A stretch of 64,000 nucleotides of DNA from Opitutaceae bacterium (GCA_051252375.1 JBPOFY010000008.1:64001-128000), one strand, 5' to 3'; counted from the stretch's first letter, positions 11,430-24,590 are shown. Notes: a model not told the origin generated them from the letters alone. Translations and numbers: made by a program.

Positions 11430-11507
11430 TTACTCGACAACTTTCGAGGCGACGACTGGGCTGTGACAGGGCTCAAGCGTCATTTTAGTGAGGGCTTAGA
11501 GGGCGTA
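11430..11507 (-). pseudogene. Decayed copy of the gatC 3' end
   Basis: Gapless 58/78 nt match to 10366-10443 (hand count); translates YAL*ALTKMTLEPCHSPVVASKVVE* versus gatC YAPEVLTKMAPESRGNQVVVPKVVE*. Confidence 0.85.
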
Positions 11508-11622
11508 TCTTCCGCATCATCCTACCTTCAAATGGAAGCTGGTTGACAGTTGAAATCGACACTAATACCAACAAATTAAAGCAATGTAACGAAAGCTTAG
11601 CTTAACGACACATAAGTCAGCG

Positions 11623-14600
11623 ATGGATCTAACACAGAAAAGCCTCAAGTTCGGAAGGAATTTAGCACTACTTGCCCTCCTTCTTCTGATCGCGTCAGGA
11701 TGCTCGAAGAACGACGAGCCAGCCATCGAAACAGTTGAGGGAGACGCCAAAGACGCAGTTCTTCCAATTGAGAACAAGCCAAGCGTAGTGATCAGTGCGG
11801 AGAAGCAGGTGACTGACGAAATCACTCCTCTGGAAGAGAACCTCAGCCTTTCAATGCAAATCGTTCTCATACAAAGCGGTGAGAGTGATTACATTCCGGG
11901 GATTGTCGTTCGAGCACCTGAATCGGCGTCAAGCAATCAAACTGAATGGGTCATCAGTAAGTCCATGCCAGACACTGATGAAGCCGTCGCACTCTACAGA
12001 ACGAGATCAAAGACACCTAGACCGGTTCAACTGAAAAAAATAATGGATACTGAGTCAGGTCTGTCGTTTTTCAGCAGCCGTTTTACGACAGTAAAATATG
12101 GGCACCCTCTCGATCAAACGGAAATCTCTAATAAGCAACATCAAGGCTTACAAATTGAGATGATAGGCAACATTGCGGAAGATGTGCTGACCGAGGCAAG
12201 GCATCAACTGGATACACTCAAAGAAGAGCTCCGCATTTTAAACGAGTCTGGAGATCCACGCCAAAGCCGTTCCCGACGCGACCCGTCCATGCAACAAGAT
12301 TATTACGCCAATATGACTCGCTTAGATAGAGAGATTCGCGATCTAGAGGGAACAGTCACATTCCCGTTCCAGGACTTAAGCCTGCAATACGGTCCAGCTG
12401 ATGCGACCGAGAGTGCATTTTTGATATCAGACGATGGCATCGTATCAGCCATAAGTAATGGCAGCGAGTGGGTATACTTGGATAAAGAAACGCTCATTCC
12501 CCCAGCTGAACTAGCTGGTATCAGTGTTGAGTTATCAAGCTATTCCAGCGGCCTAAGACTCTCCCTGACTTTAAAAGAAAATCAACGTTTCAGCCAGCAA
12601 GCCTACTTCGTAGTCGCCGAAACAACTTACGGTCTAGAATCGATAGGAAGCGGTAGTGTAGAAGATCGATTGGATATAGTGACACCGATAGAGGTTCCTT
12701 TCAGTAACTCCAATAACTCCTCTGCTAGATCTGTTCGATGCCCTGTAAAGTGGAACAAGCGGCCGACCACACTTTGGCTTCGAATTTTTAGAGGTGATGA
12801 CATGGATAACCCAATCATTGCAGAGTCCATGGATGTAGAGATGCATGACTCGATGACTGTTCGCTGGCAATCACCCCCCTCCCCTTTAATCGAGCTCCCC
12901 GAAGCCGAGCCCAATAGTCCGGAAGATTTGGTCGAATCGGACGGGCCTGTTGAATTGTCCGGAGAGTTGATAGACATCGTGCCTACCGGAGATGATAACC
13001 TGTTAATTTTTCAGACCAACGAGGCTCCTTACTGGCAAGTCTTTGATTTATCAGAGGGAGCGTTTATAGATATGCCGTGGAGCACTGATGAAGATACTTT
13101 AATTGCGTCTCAGGGTGAGAAAATGTATCTCCTATCTAGAAAAACGAAAATCCTAGAAATCTGGGACATTAAGACAAAAGAGAAGCTAGGGCTGGAACTA
13201 CTACAAATTGAAGAAGAGATTCAATCGATTGCAGCCCCGACGCATGCACCTCAACAGCCGATCCTAGTCGTCACCTCAGAGGGGAGCTACTTGTTCGACC
13301 CAGAAAAATTTGAGGGAATCTTACTACCGACATCATTATCTGGGCTCACCTACTACGAGGAATCAAGTAGCGACGCACCACGAACATACTTGCACAATAG
13401 AGTTTGGGCTAGAGCTGCCAGGAATGGCAAAGAATACACCGTGGCAGGATTCTCCAGTGACAATAATGGAAAGCCAAAGCTCTCGTCGCGCATCATCAAG
13501 CTAAGCACAAGTTATGATGTCAGCCTTGCAAATACCTCTCGTTATAGATCGCAAAATCCAGACCCGTATACTGACCAATCAGATACAGGAGTTTCACTGA
13601 AGGCCACAAGTCGGACACAATCGTCTGAAGTAGGCTTAGCATCTGGGAAAATCTTATTTTTCAAAAAGGATTCCAGAGGGAGTTCGGACGCCTTTGCCCA
13701 TATTTCAAATCCAGCAGATTTGCCCAAAAAAAATAATTATTTCGAAGACCTCCTTAGACCTGACCGAGAGGTATATTTCGATCTGGCTAAAAGAATTCTA
13801 ATTGTCCCACAGAAAAACAATTTTCACTACTACCGCTTAAACATAGATGACATTCCGCCCCTCCCTGCCAGCTTTGTCTTTCCTGGTGAAGAAGTCATCA
13901 TTCCCTTACCTCGGGGATCCGCGCACCACATAACCTCGGGAAATACCGAGGGGACAAAAATCTACGACGGTAATCTCCATTGGAATCCGAAAGGTGATTC
14001 ATCAGGCAACGCCAGTATCAGTCTAGTCTGGTATGCGGAACTGGGCAGTAAGATGACCAAGAGCTATTCTATAAGAGTCGAGAAGACTGAAACTCACCCT
14101 CTAGTCGAACTCAGCAATGGAAAATCAGGCAGATTACAGCCACGTTGCAATATACCCATGAATGGTAAGTATTTTGTGGGCTTTGCAGGCTGCGGAAATG
14201 TCATCCTCATGAGGCACGACAAGGTTCTTGAAGGCTGGAGCCTCATCGATGGCAATCAACTCTTCACGATGAGCGACCTACCGGGAGAATATTTCGGAGA
14301 TGCAGATTACGCCTATCGGTATAGTAAAGATGGCAGTTTTACCTCTATAGATCTGATCACAGGGCACGTCCGTTCAGCGAACCTACATAAGCAGCTGAAT
14401 CTGGGCGAGCGGGACGAAATCGATGATATCATCACAGGCATGTCTTCACGGCTCCCGCTATTAGCAATCGTTTCGCGTAATCACAGAGATTCTATATATG
14501 AAATATCTAGAAGCACACTGGGGATTACACAGCCTAATATAAAACAAGAAAACCAGCGTTCCCATTTTTCCAGTTTAAAATCAAATCCTTCAGGAAGCGC

Positions 14601-15021
14601 TATATCTACAAGTAACAATACGATTTACCGAGACGGCAGTAATGTCTTTTTCTATGAAGGTCGCACTGCTGGAATACCCAGTGCATCCGGGCAATATAAG
14701 CACAGCGGCAATTGGTTGGGCGTTGTCGGGGATCAGAGCCAAAGCATCGACCTGAAAAACAAAATCCGGAATTTACCAGATGGAGTCAGTTTCAAATTTG
14801 ATGAATCAGGACGCTATCTGCTCATAGAAAACAGCGATTGGAGCGATAAGCCAAAAACAATATCAATTCGAGACATCGAAGGGGATCTCAATCGAGAACT
14901 CGCGAAGATATCCATTGAGAGAATAGGCCATCAAAGAATAGAGGTCACCTATATCAGCGAGTCTGGAAAACTTGTCGTCAAAGGCGATGCGGGTTATACA
15001 GTCTATGACCTTTACCTCTAG
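11623..15021 (+). CDS. Large hypothetical lipoprotein (beta-rich, probable propeller and Ig-like domains)
   Basis: Lipobox LLLIASG-C; 1132-aa ORF; WD-like segments (LEIWDIKT, WQVFDLSEG, EGWSLIDG). Confidence 0.75.
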   Translation: MDLTQKSLKFGRNLALLALLLLIASGCSKNDEPAIETVEGDAKDAVLPIENKPSVVISAEKQVTDEITPLEENLSLSMQIVLIQSGESDYIPGIVVRAPESASSNQTEWVISKSMPDTDEAVALYRTRSKTPRPVQLKKIMDTESGLSFFSSRFTTVKYGHPLDQTEISNKQHQGLQIEMIGNIAEDVLTEARHQLDTLKEELRILNESGDPRQSRSRRDPSMQQDYYANMTRLDREIRDLEGTVTFPFQDLSLQYGPADATESAFLISDDGIVSAISNGSEWVYLDKETLIPPAELAGISVELSSYSSGLRLSLTLKENQRFSQQAYFVVAETTYGLESIGSGSVEDRLDIVTPIEVPFSNSNNSSARSVRCPVKWNKRPTTLWLRIFRGDDMDNPIIAESMDVEMHDSMTVRWQSPPSPLIELPEAEPNSPEDLVESDGPVELSGELIDIVPTGDDNLLIFQTNEAPYWQVFDLSEGAFIDMPWSTDEDTLIASQGEKMYLLSRKTKILEIWDIKTKEKLGLELLQIEEEIQSIAAPTHAPQQPILVVTSEGSYLFDPEKFEGILLPTSLSGLTYYEESSSDAPRTYLHNRVWARAARNGKEYTVAGFSSDNNGKPKLSSRIIKLSTSYDVSLANTSRYRSQNPDPYTDQSDTGVSLKATSRTQSSEVGLASGKILFFKKDSRGSSDAFAHISNPADLPKKNNYFEDLLRPDREVYFDLAKRILIVPQKNNFHYYRLNIDDIPPLPASFVFPGEEVIIPLPRGSAHHITSGNTEGTKIYDGNLHWNPKGDSSGNASISLVWYAELGSKMTKSYSIRVEKTETHPLVELSNGKSGRLQPRCNIPMNGKYFVGFAGCGNVILMRHDKVLEGWSLIDGNQLFTMSDLPGEYFGDADYAYRYSKDGSFTSIDLITGHVRSANLHKQLNLGERDEIDDIITGMSSRLPLLAIVSRNHRDSIYEISRSTLGITQPNIKQENQRSHFSSLKSNPSGSAISTSNNTIYRDGSNVFFYEGRTAGIPSASGQYKHSGNWLGVVGDQSQSIDLKNKIRNLPDGVSFKFDESGRYLLIENSDWSDKPKTISIRDIEGDLNRELAKISIERIGHQRIEVTYISESGKLVVKGDAGYTVYDLYL

Positions 15022-15060
15022 CCTAACTAATCGCTAGCAAAGCATAACAACAGCAATAAA

Positions 15061-16053
15061 GTGATCACAAAAACACTAGCACAAATCTCTACATATACTT
15101 TAGGTGTTCTCGCGATGTGTCTGCCATTGTTGGTCCAGGGACAAGATGCGACAGCCCTGTTCAAGAAGCTAGAACCTTCAATCGTCCAGATAACAACCGA
15201 CCGCGGCGTCGGCAGCGGTGTATTAATCACTAATGATGGCCTGATATTGACAAATTATCACGTCATCGAAGGCGCAAATCTAATAAATATCGAAATAAAG
15301 GTCAGCACGGGTGAGCGGGTTGAGTTTTCAGGCGCAACCCTAATGAAAATTCACAGAGCAAATGATTTGGCGTTACTAAAAGTAAAGCGAGGGAACCACA
15401 CCTTTAGGGCAGCCTCACTGGCAAGAAGCGAAACGGATGTGCAAACGGCAGCAGTTTGCTACGCACTAGGATACCCCTATTTCCACGATGGTAAAAGACC
15501 CACTCTAACGATCACAAAAGGAATTATTAGTTCTGACAATCGTGTGATTGACGGGGTTAAATTCATACAAGTTGATGCTGCGATCAACCCGGGAAATTCG
15601 GGGGGCGCCTTAGTCAACTCGAGAGGACAAGTCGTCGGAATTCCCACCGCTAAAGCGATTCACAGTGATGCCGCCGGATTAGCCATACCCACCTATAACT
15701 TAGCAATGGAACAGTTTGAGGAAAAAAACGACTACATCGAAGGATTCCCAGAATATGTTGAACCGGAAGAGCTCACACTGAAATCAGATTATCGAGTCGG
15801 TAATGGTCCGCCCATTCCAAAGATTCCACCATCTAAACACTACGATAAAACAATCACCTCTAAAGTAGAATTTGAAGATAGCGCATCGATTGAATTGATA
15901 GACCTGCCCCGCGACCTTGAGTATGACGAGCAAACACAAGTCCTCACCTGGGTAGTTTCACCCTTCGCGAAGATCAACACACGCAAAGCACTTTTCAAAG
16001 TAACTGACTCTGAGGGTAATGAAAGCGTGGAAGTCTTTACTTTGACGCGATAG
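15061..16053 (+). CDS. Secreted trypsin-like (S1C) serine protease without PDZ, C-terminal Ig-like domain
   Basis: GSGVLI, ILTNYHVI (His), NDLALL (Asp), INPGNSGGAL (Ser); signal peptide. Confidence 0.88.
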   Translation: MITKTLAQISTYTLGVLAMCLPLLVQGQDATALFKKLEPSIVQITTDRGVGSGVLITNDGLILTNYHVIEGANLINIEIKVSTGERVEFSGATLMKIHRANDLALLKVKRGNHTFRAASLARSETDVQTAAVCYALGYPYFHDGKRPTLTITKGIISSDNRVIDGVKFIQVDAAINPGNSGGALVNSRGQVVGIPTAKAIHSDAAGLAIPTYNLAMEQFEEKNDYIEGFPEYVEPEELTLKSDYRVGNGPPIPKIPPSKHYDKTITSKVEFEDSASIELIDLPRDLEYDEQTQVLTWVVSPFAKINTRKALFKVTDSEGNESVEVFTLTR

Positions 16054-16061
16054 TTCTCCTG

Positions 16062-18221
16062 CTACCTTGTAGCAAAGCGTATCTCCACCTCACGAGTGCC
16101 CTCCATGCCCTTGGAGTCTCTTGCGATGAGGCTAAACTTCAGTCGGTCGTCCAGCGAGCCGGTGGGTGTGCCACTTAAGACCCAACTGTCCTGTTTCGTT
16201 GAATCCAATCGTATCGTCAACCACTCGGGAGCATCGGCGGATTTTCGAATCTCGGTGATACGGTCGCCCTCGGGGTCCCAAAGGTCTTTACCGACCATCA
16301 GCTCATGCCGGTAACTCTGACCGACGACGGCCTCTGGCAGCACGGTGAAGGCCCTCGCCCAGTTCGGAGTGCCGGGTGACTCGTGGATCATGAGGTGATC
16401 GTCGAGTGCTTTCAATAAATCATAAGACCATTGTCGGAGTGTCCAGTTTCTCTGCATTTTAGAAACAGCCGACCCATCCCAGGTCATCATTCCACCCGCT
16501 TGCATAGCCTCTAGATTCCACTGCAGAAAATCGGCCTCTTCCCAGGCTTGCTTACCGCCCGACTTCCATCCGCTGGTCGACAACTTAGAATGAAAGTTAC
16601 CCACAATCTGGTCGTCCCAAGCCGGCCCACCAGCAAAGACGAAACCATTGGTCTCGGTCATACGTTGAACATGCGCGTAATTACGCTTAAACTGCCCGCC
16701 CGCTTTATCGCCATGGCTATTATTGCCGCCAAAACCATGGCCGAAGGTAAAGTCATCAAAGCGTGTCGGACTCGCGAAAGGATAGTGCGGCGATTTCACC
16801 GTGCTGCGCCCATTGTTGAAAGCGATCGCGATGTCCGGATTTCCGGCATGCACGGCTTTGGCAAAGGCCTGATAAATACGTTGTTCTTCAATCAAGCCAC
16901 CACCGGGGTTATCTCCGTTCTGATTGATGTCGGTGGCGGAATCGAAGATCCATTCATCAATTAGGTCACCGTAACGGAGCGCATAGTCCTTGAGCACCAG
17001 CTCGGCATAGCAAAACATGTATTTACGGTTGGGGAACTTTTTCGTGGCATCGACATAGCGATTCGCCTGCCGGTCCCAGACTCCAGTGTGATAAGGCTGA
17101 CTGTTGATAAACTCGATGACCGAGGGATTCGTGTCACAGAATTTTTTCCAGCGCTGTGAGACCAGTTCCCACTCATCGGTGTTAGTGCCGACGAAGTTCT
17201 CGCAATTGGCATAGGCCTTCAGGGCAAAACCAGCTGCTTTGATCGCCCGCATCTTCGCGAGAATCGGATCGTTCTCAGGTTCAGGCTTTGATAAATCCCC
17301 CCACTCAGGCACACAGAGTTTAATAGGCTCCTTTTCCGGGCCAACCTCTCCACGGCACAAGAGTTCCAGTAATCTATGTGGAGCCCAATGCGAGGCAGAA
17401 AGCACCGCACCATCACTCAGGCGAACCTGCACAACATCCATTGTCTTGAAGTCCTTAATTTTATCCAAGCCCATGCCGCCACTCCAAGTGCCCTTCGAAT
17501 GACGTGCGCGTTCCCCTGGTGCATAACCTTTCTCCAATTTGACAAATTGAATAATCTTCCGTCCACCACCTTGACCATAGACGGCCACATGATAGCGCTT
17601 ACTCAGGTCAAATCCTTCGACCCGCACACCCGAAACCGCATACTGCCCGTCGACCCGATAGCACCAGTAGCCGCCGGGTTCGATCTCGAGTGTGATTAAT
17701 GATGGCACACCCGCTTTAAAAGGAACTTTAGATGGCAAGTTCTCTAGATACTTGCTGGTATCGCCATCGCTAAAATACATCCCCTGCCCCACACCGCCAC
17801 GGCCCGAAGTAATACTTAACCCCATAGCATAGGCACCCGTCCTTTGCGCGAAAGGGTTCGAACCGCGATAATTCCGAAGATCTCCGTCGGCGCGTATTAG
17901 ACCAACCGACAAGTTATGCCCACCCGTGCCTTCAAGGCTATCTGTATAACAACGAAGTGTTAGCGTGAAACCAGTATCCGATTGGAAGCTATTCTCGGAA
18001 AACAGCAGAGCCCGATTCGACTCTCCAAAACTGGCCGATCGGTATACCCCATTGCCATCGTCCGCCCAACTGTGTGATTGGATCGAGACATTAACCGCTC
18101 CCCCGCCGACGCCAGTGTTCGCCGATAGACCGTCTCCATCAAAGTGATCCTCATAAAGGACCTCCGCCTGCAGGCAAGTCGCCAGCAGTAGGTAAACAAA
18201 AATTGGGCGCAGTCGTAACAT
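16062..18221 (-). CDS. Secreted GH107-like endo-fucanase (fucoidanase) with extra N-terminal beta-domain and C-terminal Ig/cadherin-like domain
   Basis: RYGDLIDEWIFDSA, QRIYQAFAKAVHAGNP, AFNN, DDFTFGHGFGG motifs; signal peptide from ATG 18221; C-terminal DPEGD...LSGTP. Confidence 0.8.
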   Translation of the reverse strand: MLRLRPIFVYLLLATCLQAEVLYEDHFDGDGLSANTGVGGGAVNVSIQSHSWADDGNGVYRSASFGESNRALLFSENSFQSDTGFTLTLRCYTDSLEGTGGHNLSVGLIRADGDLRNYRGSNPFAQRTGAYAMGLSITSGRGGVGQGMYFSDGDTSKYLENLPSKVPFKAGVPSLITLEIEPGGYWCYRVDGQYAVSGVRVEGFDLSKRYHVAVYGQGGGRKIIQFVKLEKGYAPGERARHSKGTWSGGMGLDKIKDFKTMDVVQVRLSDGAVLSASHWAPHRLLELLCRGEVGPEKEPIKLCVPEWGDLSKPEPENDPILAKMRAIKAAGFALKAYANCENFVGTNTDEWELVSQRWKKFCDTNPSVIEFINSQPYHTGVWDRQANRYVDATKKFPNRKYMFCYAELVLKDYALRYGDLIDEWIFDSATDINQNGDNPGGGLIEEQRIYQAFAKAVHAGNPDIAIAFNNGRSTVKSPHYPFASPTRFDDFTFGHGFGGNNSHGDKAGGQFKRNYAHVQRMTETNGFVFAGGPAWDDQIVGNFHSKLSTSGWKSGGKQAWEEADFLQWNLEAMQAGGMMTWDGSAVSKMQRNWTLRQWSYDLLKALDDHLMIHESPGTPNWARAFTVLPEAVVGQSYRHELMVGKDLWDPEGDRITEIRKSADAPEWLTIRLDSTKQDSWVLSGTPTGSLDDRLKFSLIARDSKGMEGTREVEIRFATR

Positions 18222-18373
18222 TGAAAATTCTATCAACAGAGGAAATAAATAAAGGAGTATTGCGTATGACAGAAAACAACCACTAGCAAAAGAAAACCGT
18301 ATCAATTATTTAGTATAATGGCACTTTTGAGCAGTGATTCTTTAATACGTCCGCACCAATTCTCGAATGTCGC

Positions 18374-19420
18374 TTACTTAAAGGTCCAACCGCTACCTGG
18401 CTTGCCCACTATGACTTCGCCATGAATTTCGGCTTCAAGCATTTCTTTGGTCGAAGCGACCTTAAACTTAGACGAGTCAGATGTGCTGGGAATCAAGCGA
18501 TTCGTCATAAGCATGTCTAGTTCGGCTAGATTATTTTTCCTCTTTGGCTCCTTGTAAACATGCTTTATAATGATGGGGTAATCCGTTTGCATTGCAGCAA
18601 AAGTAGGGACAAGGCCACACTTTGTATATACATTCAACGGTAGGTCTTGAGCATCTATTCCCCTCCTTTCGTAAGATGCATGTTTACCATCTCGCCTTAA
18701 CATATCATACCCCGGCTTCCGGATAATTTCATCCATACTGACATCCAGGGTGGGATTAAAAAGCGGATGCTTCACAGGGACACTCCAAACCTCCATTTCC
18801 CAGGATGGAGATGCATACTTGTAGTAACGGCAGACAAAGCCACCTGAATGACTCAACTTACTCTCAACCAGACAGCTTTCCATCACTTCTTTGGACTTCT
18901 CTCTATGTAAATCGAATTTACTCACACGACTAATAGACGAATCGAAGGGATCCCTCATCCCGTTATTAAAAGTGATACCGGGCTTAAGCAAAGTGCCCTC
19001 ATTTTTTAACCGTTTATATAAGAATACCCACTTTTCATCTTCACTTATATAACAGCCCTCATCCCCGTATTCATAGTAAGTGTAGGCATCCCTCCAACTT
19101 TTAGAGTCGCCCACTTTCCATACGATTTCGGTTTTGACCGCATTCTCCTCCAAGCGAATAGGAGATTCTACATTAGGAAGATGATTAAAGATGTAATCAC
19201 GATCCGCCTGAACTAATAAGTCTGGAGAGAGTGAGATCTCCCCACCTCCATCACGTTGAATAACTATTTGGGTTCCCTTGGTTGCAACAAAAGCACCTGA
19301 AATCGTTCGCCCATCGGCAACGCTAGTCCAAGTTCGACTTTCCAGCGCGTGGGAGCAGATTATGGAAACCAAGAAGGCAAACAGTAGAGAAAGTAGACAC
19401 TTTGGATTCATGAGAATCAT
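18374..19420 (-). CDS. Secreted SHD1-domain hypothetical protein
   Basis: Signal peptide then RTWTSVADGRTISGAFV...LSPDLLVQADRDYI, a PVC-type SHD1 module. Confidence 0.7.
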   Translation of the reverse strand: MILMNPKCLLSLLFAFLVSIICSHALESRTWTSVADGRTISGAFVATKGTQIVIQRDGGGEISLSPDLLVQADRDYIFNHLPNVESPIRLEENAVKTEIVWKVGDSKSWRDAYTYYEYGDEGCYISEDEKWVFLYKRLKNEGTLLKPGITFNNGMRDPFDSSISRVSKFDLHREKSKEVMESCLVESKLSHSGGFVCRYYKYASPSWEMEVWSVPVKHPLFNPTLDVSMDEIIRKPGYDMLRRDGKHASYERRGIDAQDLPLNVYTKCGLVPTFAAMQTDYPIIIKHVYKEPKRKNNLAELDMLMTNRLIPSTSDSSKFKVASTKEMLEAEIHGEVIVGKPGSGWTFK

Positions 19421-19561
19421 ATGCTTACTTACAAAAAATAAATTTCGATACTAAACTAAGCGCAAAAATAAATCTGGCATTCAAAAACACAGACCGGAAA
19501 CACCACATAACTGCCGCTCAAAGCATGACCTCCGAGATATAGTTACGACGACCCAACTGCT

Positions 19562-19611
19562 CTACTTCCGAATTTAATAGTCCGTCTTCTCTGCAATGAG
19601 TTTCTGGATAC
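19562..19611 (-). repeat. Direct-repeat copy of the pheT 3' end (att-like remnant)
   Basis: 19563-19611 matches 21978-22026 at 46/49 nt and includes a stop codon at the same position. Confidence 0.92.
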
Positions 19612-19734
19612 CTCTAGAACCTCTCCGCTAATCGCGTAATTCCCTTGCTGACTGGCTACGATCCTTCTAATTTAACGGCATGTTTCTTGATTAGCGCCCC
19701 GTTCATATTAACTCCCCTCATTCTACCCCACTCG

Positions 19735-21882
19735 ATGACGAGCATTCGCCTAAAGTTAACAGCCAACTTAGTTCTGGCAGGTGCACTGCCACTCGTAGCC
19801 GCAATCGTCACATTGTTCACCTACGGATATCGGCAACAGGTAAATAATACAGGTTCCACCTATCGCAGCGAAGCTGAACATGTGGTTATGAACCTAGAAG
19901 CGATCACTCAACGCCAGGTGGATGCCGTCCACGATCTGTTAATATTGAGCGACCTTGCGGAATCACTTCAAGCTCATATAAAAACGATGCCGAAAGCAGA
20001 TCCGATTCTGATTAGAGACATCGACAAAAATTGGGCCGATCTCGACAAAAATAGCTCTCTTTTGACAAACATTCTGTCGAATCGCATCGCCGAACGTATG
20101 CGAGACTTTCAAAGAACACATCCACTTTTTGCTGAAGTTTTCGTAACAGATATGAGCGGTCGCTTGGTGGCGGCCACGCATAAGACCAGCGACTATTATC
20201 AAGCCGATGAAAATTGGTGGCATAGAGCTTCAGATTTTAAAACTTGGGATGCCTGGATCGGGGGTTTGGATTTCGATAAAAGCGCAAAAGTGCTCTCCCT
20301 TGATGTGAGTATGCCCGTCTTCACCCATGAGGCAGACGAAGCAGGTAAACCAGTCGGGATCATGAAGGCAGTCATTGACGTCTCACCACTCTTCGCTTCC
20401 ATACCGTTTCTGCTTTCCGACCAAGGCGCCGAGCGTGAAATCATTCGAGAAGATGGCACTGTCGTATTGCGCTTGTTGGATGAGAATTTCTCTCCCGGCG
20501 GAACAGGCCTAACGCCCCGCTCCATGGAGCGATTAAAGGAAGACCCTAGTGGTTGGCACGTAGAGCAATTTCAAAACGGTGAGGGTATTGAAATGATCGG
20601 CATCGCTCCATTGCATCTCTTTGGAGTATATAGCATGGCACTTAAACATGCTAGTGAAGACCCCTACTTCGTCATCGTGCGCCACGAAGCGGATGCTCTA
20701 CTCTCCCCGCTCAGGAGGCAGATCATCTTCATCGTCGCAGCCGGAATACTTCTGACCGGATTCTCCGTTTGGCTGGGCAACTACTTCTCCAATAAGCATC
20801 TATTGGTCCCCTTAGAAACTATTCGGCGCGCGGCCCAATCAGTCGCGGCCACAACAAATCCCGAAAAGAGACGAAAAACAGAGCATCCGTTTATCAAGTA
20901 TACGGACACCTCCACTGAAGATATGGTGGCCAAAGCAACCGAAATACAGACCAACGATGAATTGGGACGATTCAGCAAAGACTTCGTCAGCATGGCCCAT
21001 CAATTGCTCAACTATCAAAACAAGTTGGAAGCAGATGTAGCGGCAAAGACCGCTGAGATCCAAAAGGACCTCTCCATGGCGCGTGATTTCCAACAAGCCT
21101 TACTACCACAGACATACCCCTTGGTTCCGTCGGAGGAAAGTGACGAAAACGCCATTACCCTCTCATTCGGCCATGCCTACCATCCTACGGCTCAGTTGAG
21201 TGGCGACTTCTATGACTTGATAAAGATTAACGATCATTGCGTCGGTATAATTGTGGCCGATGTGATGGGGCACGGAACCCGATCTGCACTCGTCACTGCA
21301 ATCTTCCGTGCGCTTCTACAGGAAGCCACCGGCTCCGCCCAAGATCCCGCCAAATTTCTTGCCGCCCTAAACAAGGCATTTTACTCCATCATCGAGGAAA
21401 CAGGGCAAGTCGTCTTTGTCACAGCAGTTTATCTTGTGATCGATACCATAACAGGCAAAGCCAGCTGTGCATCTGCTGGGCACCCCAGCCCACTACGAGC
21501 CAATCGCAGCACGGGAATCATTGAGCCCGTTTTCAGCCAAGCATACAATGGTCCGGCTCTGGGGCTCCTTCGAGAAAGCACTCACCAGGCGTTAACTTGG
21601 GATATGCTCGATGAAGATATGGTATTCCTATTTACAGATGGCATCATCGAAGCATCCGACTTGGGAGGTGATGAATACGGTGTAGAGCGCCTGACTCAAT
21701 CCATTCGCTCAAATCTCAATCATGATCTTTCAAAACAAGTTACGAAAGTCGTCGATTCAATCATGCGTTTCACGCACCCCAACCCAATACAAGATGACGT
21801 CTGCCTCATCGCGATAAAAGCCAGCTTACAGTCAACTTCTTCTAGTGAAGAAACACTGGTAGATGCAGCAAAACACCTTTGA
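19735..21882 (+). CDS. SpoIIE/RsbU-type PP2C phosphatase with extracellular Cache and HAMP domains
   Basis: Two TM helices; Cache (EVFVTDMSG, YYQADENWW); LSGDFYD, VADVMGHG, SAGHP, FTDGIIE, QDD. Confidence 0.9.
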   Translation: MTSIRLKLTANLVLAGALPLVAAIVTLFTYGYRQQVNNTGSTYRSEAEHVVMNLEAITQRQVDAVHDLLILSDLAESLQAHIKTMPKADPILIRDIDKNWADLDKNSSLLTNILSNRIAERMRDFQRTHPLFAEVFVTDMSGRLVAATHKTSDYYQADENWWHRASDFKTWDAWIGGLDFDKSAKVLSLDVSMPVFTHEADEAGKPVGIMKAVIDVSPLFASIPFLLSDQGAEREIIREDGTVVLRLLDENFSPGGTGLTPRSMERLKEDPSGWHVEQFQNGEGIEMIGIAPLHLFGVYSMALKHASEDPYFVIVRHEADALLSPLRRQIIFIVAAGILLTGFSVWLGNYFSNKHLLVPLETIRRAAQSVAATTNPEKRRKTEHPFIKYTDTSTEDMVAKATEIQTNDELGRFSKDFVSMAHQLLNYQNKLEADVAAKTAEIQKDLSMARDFQQALLPQTYPLVPSEESDENAITLSFGHAYHPTAQLSGDFYDLIKINDHCVGIIVADVMGHGTRSALVTAIFRALLQEATGSAQDPAKFLAALNKAFYSIIEETGQVVFVTAVYLVIDTITGKASCASAGHPSPLRANRSTGIIEPVFSQAYNGPALGLLRESTHQALTWDMLDEDMVFLFTDGIIEASDLGGDEYGVERLTQSIRSNLNHDLSKQVTKVVDSIMRFTHPNPIQDDVCLIAIKASLQSTSSSEETLVDAAKHL

Positions 21883-21976
21883 ACCTAAATAACCCCGCCA
21901 TTACTGACGTGGTTAAAAAAAATTAAGGATTAAGGAGCGAGGAGTTTGATCTCAGACGAGCAAGCTCGCCCCTCCA

Positions 21977-24445
<2,469 letters not shown>

Positions 24446-24590
24446 GAAGTTGGGTGAATTTTAACAGAATGATTTTTGACAGACGTAGTTCTGACGGAGA
24501 TGGCGTAGCAATAATTCCCACAGGAACGGTTCTAAGAAATAATTATTCTGTCACAAATTATTCTGTAGTGTCAGTTCAGTGCCAGTGCGT

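Noticed and set aside
15021..15060. attC site (GCCTAAC right after a stop codon)
   Set aside because: No matching GTTRRRY end or palindromic body in the 39-bp spacer
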